From: Candidatus Omnitrophota bacterium
GTDB taxonomy: Bacteria; Omnitrophota; Gorgyraeia; Zapsychrales; Zapsychraceae
Direction of reading: 5' to 3'
DNA length: 64,000 nt
Assembly (NCBI GenBank): GCA_015233495.1
Contig: JADFXQ010000002.1
Coordinates: 34,390 to 98,389 of the forward strand
Part shown: one piece after another, positions 37,874-49,800 of the stretch
Layout of the letters: each line of letters opens with the position of its first letter
Position numbering within the stretch: position 1 is the first letter of the stretch
Position numbers and translations under genes: made by a program
Notes under the pieces: generated by a model
What the model was told of the DNA's origin: nothing
The model's database searches: none
Seen by the model: the letters and a program-made list of their open reading frames with translations, nothing else

Positions 37874-40800
37874 GTGGATACTATTTTTATTATTAGTATT
37901 TATAAACATATCTTGAAACGCTTGGTGGCTTTTGTTGTTTTGTTGTGTTTTTTGCTTTTAAATGTCCGGCCGCTTGCCGCGGGAGGTTGGCCACAGCCGC
38001 CATCCGTGACCATTCTTGATTCTTCGCGCCCTTTTACGCCATTTTTACTTAAAGGCGTCACCATCGATCCGCGCAATCCTTTGCATTTTGATTTTATCTT
38101 TGATCCCGGTCAATCTTCGATGTCCACGAATCATTCGGAAAAAGAAGCGAGCCGCATCGTCAAATATTTTTTGGCGGCTTTGGCTTTGCCGGAAAAAGAC
38201 CGCTGGGTCAATCTTTCTTTGCAAGAGAGCGGCAGGATAATCCCGGAAATTTTTGGTTTGACTGATATGGGACGGGATATGTTGTCGCTGGATTTTGTCT
38301 TAAAGCAGTTGTCTGCCTCTTTGACTCACCCGGAACAAAAATTAGGGGCGGAGTTTTGGCGCCGCGTTTACGCGAAGGTCAAGAAAGAATACGGCACAGA
38401 TGAAGTTCCGGTTGACTCGGTTACCCGGGTATGGATCGTGCCGGCGCAAGCCGTGGTTTATACGAGCGGGCAAAGCGCTTTTGTGGCTAAAAGCAGTCTT
38501 AAGGTATTAGCGGAAGAAGATTATTTGGCGGGGAAACCGCAAGGACTTAAAGCTTCGGAACCAGATAGCCTCAAAGGTAAAAATACCGCAGCGGTGTTCA
38601 CGGATATATTTCGCGCGATTGTAATCCCGGAGATCGAAAAGGAAGTAAACACAGGTGACGCCTTTGCGCCATTACGGCAGATTTATAACGCCCTGGTCCT
38701 CGCTACCTGGTTTAAACAACAGTGCAAAGCCGGGACGTTGGGAAAGGGCTATTTCGGACAAAAGAAGATTAAAGGAATTGATGTCGCAAAAGACCGGTTT
38801 AAAGAAAAAATTTATGAACAGTATACGGAGTCTCTGAAAAAAGGCGTTTATAATTTCATCAGGGAATATAACGATCCTTTGACGGAGGAAACCGTTTCCC
38901 GTCAATATTATTCCGGCGGGATCGAGTTTACGACAGAGGTTGATCGAAAAGTTCAGTTTTTGCCTTTAGAGAAAGAAGTGTTTCTTGCCGTCCTGAGAAA
39001 ATCGTCTCCGGTGTTAGAAGGCGCTTCAATATATATTGATCCGATAACCAAGGAGGAGAAACTACCGCGTCCCAGGATGTCTTCGCCGGTCAAGCCTCCC
39101 GTATTGGACGACAGTTCTCGGCAAGCGTTAGAGGATTTGGGATTGTCTTATAAAGAATTCCAACGATTGACTTTCGCGCAGACCGGATTCGAAGAAGCAT
39201 TGTTTAACGCTTTTCCGGCTTTAAAATTAAATATATTTTCTTTGCGGACGCAGGAACGTTTTTCCCGCGCGGTGCGGTCGCTGACGCGGGAATTGCGTGA
39301 GAATAGCGTAGAGCCAAAAATCGCTTTAGGGTTCGCGATCCGGTTTGCGATTCAACAATTCTATCAGGATATTTTGCCGGAAAATCTTTCATCGGCGGAT
39401 AACCAACGTTGGAATCAGATTGTCTCTCAATATTTTCGCGATTTTCTTCCCTCCCCGGGCCCGCGGATACCGGAGTATGTAAAACGGAAATACAATTTTG
39501 ACGATAACATGAACGGGAGGGTTGCCCGCGCCTTGATATCGCGAACCCCGGTTGTGTTTAAAGCCGCGAAAAACAGCGATGGATTGTTGACAGATGAGCT
39601 GCGACGGCAGGCCGGCGAGGGCAACATTGATTTGAGCGTTGTTTGGGGACATCCTTCCACGGATGAACGGCAGTTGATCGGCGGCCGCGTGCCTAAGGAG
39701 GGTAAAGACGGTTTGGTTTTCGGTTATGGCGTTTTAACGGAGAAAATTGAAGCCGCGCGCAGTGATCCGGGGAAGAAATATGTTGTGCTGATCAAAAATA
39801 TCGAAGCCGTTGATCCGGAAGTCCGCTTGCTTTTGCAAGAAATGCTGCGGATTTCCGAATTGTCCCATCCGGGTTTGGGTCAGGTATATCTTCCCGAGAA
39901 TTTTCAGATTATTTTCACCATGGCGGAAACCGCGAATATCGAAGACGATTCTTTTTACGACCGGGTCAGCGTAAAAACAGTTCCCGCCGATCTAACTTTC
40001 AAGCCGAAAACCCTTCCCGGTGTAACGGCAGGCGTCACGGCGGAGAATTACCGTTCTGTCTTAACCATTAAAGGGTCAGCGGACAATCCGGTTTTGGTTT
40101 TACCGGGGACACAGATCCGTTTGAACCAGGAATTTCGCGGGATCACTACTGAAAATATGTTTTCTATGATTTATGAAAAAACCGGTCTCTTGCTTGATTT
40201 CGATACGGTTCGGATGTTGGTCGCCATGGCGAACGCAGTCAAGTCCGGAGAACCCATTCTGCGGCTAATTGGTCCTACGGGTGTGGGAAAAACATTCACC
40301 AGCCGCGGATTTGCTTTATTGCGGGGCTCGTCTTTTTTCGCGAACCCGGTAAGTCCCGGCACGGAATTCACGGATTTGATCGGCAGTTTTGAGCAACAAG
40401 ACAATCACTTGTTCGCGTTTAACGGTGAGACCACATTTAAGGAGCGATTGGAAAACGGCGGGGTGGTGGCTTTGAGCGAGCTTAACACTTTAGTTGACAA
40501 TAATCAAAAAGCGAGCTTGGCGTGGTGGTTGACCCAGATCAGCCAGACTACCCCGGACGCCGACGGTTATCGGACGATTTATCTTACCGAAGTTCCGGTT
40601 GCGCCCGGACAACCGCGGCCGAGCATCCGGATTCATCCGCAGTCCTTGATTGTTGTTGATGTGAACCCGGCAGTCTATGAAAGCCGCGCCGCTTTTCCGG
40701 ATGTCTTCGAGGAATCCACGCCCGAATTGACTATTGGTTCGTATATTAGCGCTATTGCCGCGGATAGAGCGGCGGATATCCATAAATTATCTCAAACCGC

Positions 40801-43800
40801 CCGGCAATTTTTAAGCCTGGGTGTTCGGATTCAAGGACGGATGATTCCGGGGATTAGTGATCCGGCACGTTTGGAAGTTTTGGCAGAGGCAATAGGGACT
40901 CGGTATTATGAAGTGGTTGCCGCGTATGATCAGCACAAGTTTGGCGGTAAAGATCAATTTCATTTTTCAAATCGAGAACTTAAACGCATAGCGGAGGATG
41001 TTTTATTATGGATGGAGCGCGGCTTGAGTTCGGACGCGGCGCTCGCGAAAGCCTTTACTCATCATTTGGTGGTGCGCTGGAACGCGCAAAATGACCGGGA
41101 TTATGCCGCGAATTTGATACCTGACGCGGAAGTTACGCTGGGTTTACGGGAGTTTGTGGAACATGAAGTTTTCGTTGCTAATCGGCGGGCGCATATACGG
41201 GTTGCGTCAGGGATAGATACTCAAGTCTTGATCGATGAAATTAAAGACGGCAGGGATGATGTTGTGGTTCGCATTATTAACGTGACCCAGGAATTGGACA
41301 GGTTCAAATTGGAAGGCGGCCGTGTGGTGAATGAAGACGGCCGGGGTTACGCATTTGCCGAGGGGTTGATTGGCCGGATGATTGCACAAGCCGAAACAGC
41401 GCCGGATAAAAAATTTCTTTATGTTTTTGAGAATATCCATAATCTGTGGCCGGAAGACGCGGTGGGTTTGAACGAAATTCTTCAGGAAGGGACATTGTCG
41501 GTGCGGGGCAGGGATACCAAGCGTAGTATTCCGGTAAATGCCGGCATAATGTCCATCAGCCGTCAGGACACGGACTGGACCTGGTCGGAAGCGGAGAAAT
41601 CCCGGTATGTGACCTATGTTTATGAACGGGATACTATTGGCGAACAAATTCAAAACCGGCTTAACGATTATTTTCGCGCTAATGGTCTTGAGCCGGCAGT
41701 CGCGATAGCGTTAAGCCGGATGTTTTGGCGTAGGCTCAAGGTGTCTATAGAATATATTCAGTCGAATAAAGCTTATCAGAACCGGGTGAGCGAGCGCTCC
41801 GCGCTTAAATGTATAGAACTATTTATAAAATTGACCGCGGAAAGACAGGAGGCCGGCGGCTTGAATGTGGCGGATTTGATCAATTTGTTTCGAAAGTCTT
41901 GCGATTTGACGTTTGGGATCAGTGTTCCGCGACGTGTTTTACTGGATAACTCACAGAGTCGGGTTGCAGCTGTTTATCAGAATTTATTTACGGTTTTTGG
42001 CGCTCTGCCGTTTGGCGCGCCGTTGAACGCAGTGACATCGCAAAAATCTGGCGGGGCGGAAACCGCGGCGGGCGAAGCTGAAGCCGGTAATGTAAATTTG
42101 AATGGGGAAATCGCGCTAGCGCTCGCTGCAGCCAAATTAGATTTAGAAATGGCGGATGCAGAAGACCGGTCAAGCGCTTTGCAGAAATTGAAAGAGGTTT
42201 TGGAACTGTCTGAGCATACCGGAGATTTGACGGGAGAGCCAACCGCGGCGCAAGATTTAAAAAATCTTGATGTAGTCAGGGCAGTATTGAAACAGAGTTC
42301 GCATAAGTTTCGGGGAAGTGTTACAGGGTTCGACGTTAATGAACACGGCGTAGTAGTTTGGACTAACTTAGATGAGATATGGATACAAAAAAATGATGGT
42401 AAAATCTTAACGACACGATTTCCTGGCATGATCAGAAATGTAAGGATTTCAGCGGATGAACTGGTGTACATTTCGGGTGAAAATACGGTTTGTGTAATCA
42501 AACAAGATGACCTGAATCATTTGATATCTTATCCCACATATTTAACCACTGATAATGTTGAAGCGATTCAACATTTGGTTATTAGTAATGGAGTAGTTGC
42601 CGCGGCTACCGCAAAAGGGGGGCTTTTATTGTGGGAAAAGGAAGGGAATCAATGGTTAGAAAAGATTAGATGGAAGGATGGTTTTCCAATAGAGCAATTA
42701 TTGTTATCAGGTGAAACTTTAGCGGTGAGGATGCGTAATGGTACTTGTCGCATTTGGCAGAAAAATGGCGGAGCTTGGGAACAGCAATCCGGATTGGTTT
42801 TGGGCCATTCGTCGGATAACCGCTTTAAGAACCGAATTTGGCAAATCGTTGCAAAGGTCAGGAGAATATTTTTGGGGGGAGATAAAGGATATATTCCTGG
42901 AGTGAGTCAGATAGCTTTGTCTGAGACTGAATTCGCGATTTTTACTCATTCCGGAGAAATCATTATGTGGGCAAAAGAAGTCGGGCAATGGCGAGCAGAG
43001 CCGGTTTTACGAACTTCGATTGAACCGGGTGTTTATAGGGTGGGGCATTTTGTTTTGAAAGACAGCGCTTTGGTTTATTGCAGTTTTAATGGGGAAGTAC
43101 GTTTATGGGGAAAACATGGCGACAAATGGATCAAAGAACCATTGATAAAAGACGATACTTTTGGAACGAATGTCCGGTTTTTTGATTTTAATAATGGGGT
43201 CTTGGCTATTGGCGGAAACGTGGGCGCCCTGAAGACTTCATCAGCCGAACCAAAAGGGGGCATCCGCGTCTGGGAACGGGAATTTAGTCTATGGGGACCT
43301 AAATGGCAGCTTCGAATCAAGGAAGATAATTTAGATGGTTTGGCGGATTTGAAGGTATCGAAAGGCGCGGTTCGTGTTCTTGCTGTGACCTTGAATGGGC
43401 AAATATTGAGTTGGGTTAATCAAATTATTAAATGGCAAATCGATCCAGTGAGAACGATAAAGCATTCGGGCCAGATTTTTGGGGCGCAAACGCACTCGGG
43501 TAATTTGCTGGTCGTGACTACCGACGCGGTCGATGTTTATCAACCTGGCATAGGGATAGTTTATGGGACAGCGGTAATGCAGTTTAACGGCGCTGAAGAT
43601 GTGCCTGTGAGTGATTTAGCGGATGAGGTAGTCCGAATGAGTGTAAGAGAACCGCCGCGTCCGGAAATTTTGGCACAGCAAGAAGCGCGGGCAAAACAGG
43701 AGATTATTTTGGGAGACGAAAAAAAGCGAGCGCCGGCTTTGCTTAAATTGGGGGAAACGTTGACTGCGGCGGAACAGGCTGACCATTTGGAAAAGGAAGC

Positions 43801-46800
43801 TGAGGTTGAATCGGCAACATTAGCGGATTTGGATGTGGTGGTTGGGTTGATGAGCGAATCGGGCCACAAGTTCGCGGGCAAAATCAAAGGATTCGAGTCG
43901 AATGAATATGGCGTTTTAGCGTGGAGCGATCAGAAGGAAATTTGGTTGAAGGACGCGAAGGGGGATATTATCGAGTATCAATTTGATCAAGAAATCAGAT
44001 ACGCCAGAATCGCTCGGGATCGATTAGTTGTCGCGGATATTGACAGAATTTATATATGGGAGAAAGATAATGGGGTTTGGCAGCGACGAGCTTTTGTTTC
44101 AGATTTGTTGCCGGGTTATACTAAGGGGCTGGCGATTTCGGATGACGGCGTAGTCGCGGTTTGCAACAGCTACGGACAAATTTATTTATTTAAAAAACAA
44201 AATGGGCAATGGAAAAGCGCGAATAATATAAAAGTATTTTTTGTTATTGGAATGATTTTTGATCGTTTAGAAAAATTTTTGCTTAAAACAAACGTGGGTA
44301 TGGTTTTATGCCGTTTTATTGAGAAATGGGATTTCAGAATGCGCAGTAACCGATCATTTGACAAAATATATTTCCGGGGCGAATTATTGGTGGTAGAAGA
44401 AGTGGTGGATTATGATGGAAAACAGTATTTTGGCGTTTTTGAAAGAAAAGACGGCCGCTGGGCGCGGGTTTTTAAAAGAAAATTCGATGGACCGATTAAA
44501 AATTTTGTTGTTTTGAAAAATGTCTTAACTGTGGTTGATAAGCAAGGTGTGGTTTTTTCAGTTAGCAAATCTGAAGGTAAATGGGTTATGAGAGAGAGGA
44601 GGATAGGATCCGAACAGGTTTTATACATATCTGAGGATGTGTGGTTATCGGCGATAGGTGAAGTGCAGTTGGTATATAAAGATGGGGATCAGCCTGAGCA
44701 ATATCTTTTTTTACCTGTTCGATTCGCGGAGGTTTCTTATGTGGCAAGAGACAAAGATTTTTTAGCTATAGGCACTAAATCCGGATCGATTTATTTATAT
44801 GAGAAAAAAGATTATTTGCCGATAGGAAATACAAGTCGGATGTCTGCATATCTGGAACCGCAAAACAAGTGGAGATTGGCAGGACAGGCAGATAACTTGG
44901 GAACAATTAAGGGATTAAACATTAAAGATGGAAAAGTAATTGTGGCAACGGAAGACGGAAGTGTTAAATGGTTTGGGGTTGGCCGCGGGATGGTTCATGA
45001 AGGAATAGTGCGCAATCTGAATGGCGAGGGCCAGATGGATCAGCGGAGTTTGAGTAAAAAAGTTACCCGGTTAAAGGTGAAATATGAAAGACATAATCAA
45101 ACCGGATCTCCGGAAGATCAAAAGTTTGAGCCGCTGGTTGGCTATGGGAACCGGCCGTTTTATTTTGGCGCGGATCGAGACGGAAATGTATATCTGAATT
45201 TTGACAATCGTTGGTATCGGACGCGGCACACTTTGACGCAGCCCTTTGATCACGCTCTGTTGAGCGGGCCCCGCACAGCGCCCGTCAATGGTCGGCCGAC
45301 GGAGATTTTTCCCGTCCGGTTAGACGCGGTCAAGCATCCGGACAGCCGGCTGGAGCGGTCTTTCACCAAAAAAGATTTTTTGATGACTACCGGGGATTTG
45401 ACGGAAGAAGAAAAAGCGGTTTTACTGAATTTTGAGATATCCCGTCAGGTTGATTTGGAAGGTCCTTCCGGAGCCGGGAAAACGAGCATTGGGAAAGAGA
45501 TCGCGCTTTTGCTCGGCCTGCCGGTTTTTGTGTTGCAGATGCACGGTCAGCGGGATTTATCGGATTTGATCGGTGCCTATCGCGAGGATGAACACGGCCG
45601 GTATTATCTTTCCATGAAACCCAAACCAGTAGCTAAGGATATTTTGGAAGCTGCGGTCGCGCCGGCATTGGTGAGTCGGTTATTGGAAAAAGGGGTTATT
45701 CGCGTTGATGACAAGGATCCAGAGGTTTACTACTGGGGGTATGGGATTTATTCTTTGGTTGATTTGGAAGAGCGTTTGGACGCTTTGGGCGGCATACTCG
45801 GCCAACCGGACAAAAAGGCGCTGCGTGCCTTGGTGCATTATCGTTTGCCGCTTTTGGAGTTTTTGACGTGGGGCGGGATATATATCGTGGATGAAGGCGC
45901 GATCGGGGAACAGGGTCAGGCTTTGATCAACTGGTTTAGCCGGATTGTGAACGGTGATTCCGAAATCAGTATTGATGATTTCACTGGACTCTCAATTCGG
46001 TTTAAGGTGCATACGGATTTTCATTTGATTATCACTAACAATTCTCCGGAAGACACGGCCGGCCGGGAGTTTTTGAAAAGCGAAATCGCGGCTAATATCG
46101 GGTTTATTTATGTCCCGGAAGATGATTCCCCGGACACTATTGAAGGTTTGTTGGAACATTTTTTACAAGATGAATTAGCCGGGACAGATGTCCGGGGAGT
46201 GAAAAGCGCTCTGCGTAAATTGTATTTGGATATCAAAGCGGCAGTGGGAACCAGCATCGGGACAGATAAAAAAGAGCGGTATTATATTTCCAAACGGGAA
46301 ATCCGCCGGGTGGCAGCCCGGCTATTGTTTGAATACAAAAAAGATCCGGAACATTTTGATTTTACTTATAGTTTTTATAAGGCTTTGCGGATTGTGTTTG
46401 AAGCCGCGTTTTCGCATGAACAAGAGAGACAATTCGTGATGGATAAAATTGTCACTCATTTGAAAGAGACATTTCCGGAACGGGCGCAAGCGATTGATCA
46501 ATTTAAAGCCAAGCTCGAGGCGGAAATTAACAATCGTTTTGCTTTTGCTTCAACTGAAAATGAGAAATGGGTTTTATGGGTGGCAGATGAACTTTTAAAC
46601 CAGGATGAGCCGTTGTTATTGATCGACGAACGCGGGGCCAGGACCAGAGCGATGTTAAGGCGATTGCAAGAAAACCGGGGCGCGGTATTCGATCTGGTCG
46701 ACGCGGTTCCGAGTCATACCAGTTTCGAACTTTTAGGAGCGATTCTGCCGGAATTTTCGGATAAGGGGATTGCCAAACCCGGGAGCAGGATGCGTTTTGT

Positions 46801-49800
46801 GAAAGGCCGGCTCATTGAACATCTGTTGACCAAAGAAGAAATGGAGCAGGCCGAGAGCCAAGGCGGAAAAAGTCAAGAGGTCATTGTCTGGATCAGGAAT
46901 ATCGATCAATGGAACGAAGATATCCGCAGTAGTCTCAACGGTCTTTTAGAAAACGGATATATTGACATTGAAACCAGCCGGGGTGAAACGATCCGGTATT
47001 ATAAACCGCGTCACGTGCGATTTATCGCCGGGATCAATGCCCAGAGCGGCGAGGATTTTTCCAGCGCGTTTTTCAACCGCTGGGTGAAAGTCGGTGTCCT
47101 GGCAGAACCGCGGCCGGATCAAAATGTTGACAAGGGAGAATCGGATTTTCAAAAGGTGTTGAGCGATGTTTATGAAATGGATTCCCGCGAGGCCTATTTA
47201 TTCGCGCGTTTGTTTTTAGAGACGTCCCGCCGGGAAGCTCAGAGACAATGGAGCGTTCAGGAGAGTTATGATTTAACTCCCGAGACATTTTACCTGATTG
47301 CCGCGGCGGTGCGGTTGGCGAAACAACAAAGTCCGCAGTGGCAAGCCATTTTGGCCGCGTTTGAACGGCAGAATTATGATCCGCGCCGGGAATCGCCGAC
47401 TAACGCGGCGCAACGCGATCTGGAGGCCGAGTATCGTCGTTTGTCTAACCGGATATTGACCCAGGAAATCGCCCGTTTGTTTTTACCGCGGTTTCGAACC
47501 GCTACTTCCGCTGATACCGGGGACCGCAAGCTGGTGGAAGATAGTATCCGGGCCGTTTTTAACCTTCAGGGGCCGATTACGCTGGATACGACAGATATTG
47601 TTTCACCCGATTTGTCAGCGGTCCCGGACAAGATCCGGCTGTATTACACGACAAAAATCCGGGAATATTTGAGCGCTCTACAGCGGGCGTCGCAGATGAA
47701 TCGCGGTATTGATATGTTGGGCGAATCAGGCGCCGCGAAAACCACTTTGGCCGAACATTTGGCTCACCGCACGGGGAGAAAGTTTTACAAATATCAGTCG
47801 CACGCGAAAAGTGAGGTGACAGATCTGACGATCGAGCTTAGTCAGACGGAAGACGGCGTCATTCAGAAGCGGTACAAGGAATTTTATGCTTGGCTGAAAA
47901 ATGGGAATGCGGTGATTGATTTTGACGAAGCCAACGCGGCGCCGCATATTTTATGGGCGCTGGAAGCGGTCCTGAATGGAGAGAGCGTTATTTATCCGGC
48001 TTTTCCGGGTGAGAAACCCTTTAAGATCGGTGATAATATCACGATTGTTTTTACTCGTAACCCCCTGCGTTATGCCGGCCGGCAACAGATTGAAAAACGG
48101 ATCACAGATAAAATGGTTGTCTTATGGATTGATTTGCCTGATCCGGAGGAAAAAGCGAAAATTGTTCAGACGTTTTACGGGGTTTGGGCCTTAGAGGAAG
48201 AAACGGCAGTCGCGCCGACTGAGGAACTACACCCGAAAGAGAAGGCCAATATCCCACATGAAAGCGATCTGCCGGTTTCGGACACTATTGATATGGACAC
48301 GGATATGAAGGAAGGCCGGGAGATACCGACTATGCAAGATGAAAAAAATTTAACCGAACCACCGGCGGTTTCCACTGCCCCTAAACCCGCGGCGCGCGGG
48401 GTATTCACGCCGGAACTTTATCCGCGGACTCGTCTGGGGGTCTATAATCGATTCGATGCGGCCACAGAAAAATTTTGGCTTGAACGAGGCGAGTATAAAT
48501 CCGTGCCAGTGACTCCGAAGACCGGGAGGGAAAGAACGATCATTGAGGAGACAAGAGATATTTTTCAGGGACAATATATTTTGCGTCTGGGACATGCCTT
48601 CAGCCGCTTGCCGTCGGCTGGAGCGGATATGGAGTTTATTGATTTGAGTGTGAGGGATACCGCGGGTAACTTGCTGGACATTCCGGTCGAGATTACGCGT
48701 GACAGCGCGGACAATTATTATATTCGGCAAAAAGACGCAGATGCTCCGGCAGCTGAGGTTGAAATCCGTTACACAGTCACAGTAGCGAAAGAATATTTCG
48801 GGAAGATTATTCCCAATAACCCGGACATTGGACCGGATATCCGCGAGACCATGACTGTGATGGGTCTCACCCCCAATAACCCGGACATTGGACCGGATAT
48901 CCGCGAGGCCATGACTGTGATGGGTCTCACCGGAAAGGAACGGGATTTCCGGGAGGTTTTATATAAAATGATCGCGTTTACCCGGGATTTTAAATTAGAA
49001 AAAATAACCGCGGAAGGACCAAGTAAATTTTTACGGATTTTAAGATCGGGTGCGGGTGTTTGCCGGCATGGGGCGCAGATATTTGCCGCAACGGCTTGGG
49101 CGATCGGAATGCCGGCCAGGTTAGTCGTTTCCGATATTCATGAATTCGTGGAAGTGGAGGTTCCGGGAATCGGCTGGATGCAAATTGACCTCGGCGGGGG
49201 CGGCGATCCCGCCAACATGGATTTGAGTCCGCTGGCGAATGAGCGGCATAATCCGGCGTATGCCAATGATTTTCCCGAGCCGGAAAATTATAAACAAAAA
49301 AAGGAGTTGTATCGGGACCTATATGAGAAGGCGATGAAGGATCAGGGGATTAAACCGCCGGTATCTCCCCGGCCGAATCGCTCCGGCGAAACGGGCGCGG
49401 CGGATAACGACGCGGCGATAGGCGGTCATTTTGATCCGAAACTGGAAGGGGAGCGCATTGACGCGGCTTTGGCAAATTTGATCCGCGAACAGGGGGCGAC
49501 GCTTAACCAGGATATTGAAAATTCGTTTCAGAGCGGCACGGTCATCGCCGAGCAAGTATTCGAACGGATGAAGCGGGCTATTGAAGCGGGGATCCGTTAT
49601 AAACGGGAAATGAAGAAAAATGGGTTGGAGATTGATCCCGTGGCCTGGATGCTGCGCTTACCGAATCCGTTTGTCAAGCGGACACGGGTTACGAAATTGC
49701 AGACCACCGCAGTGGCGGTTTTGTTTGACGCGAGCGGCAGTATTAGCGTTATCCGTGAGCCGGTCACTTACGCGATCGCCGTTACCGGAAAGAATTTTCA

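Noticed and set aside
48811-48930. Possible CRISPR-like repeat
   Set aside because: Only two directly adjacent 60-bp copies with no spacers. They are in-frame inside a long CDS, so this is an intragenic tandem duplication, not a CRISPR array.
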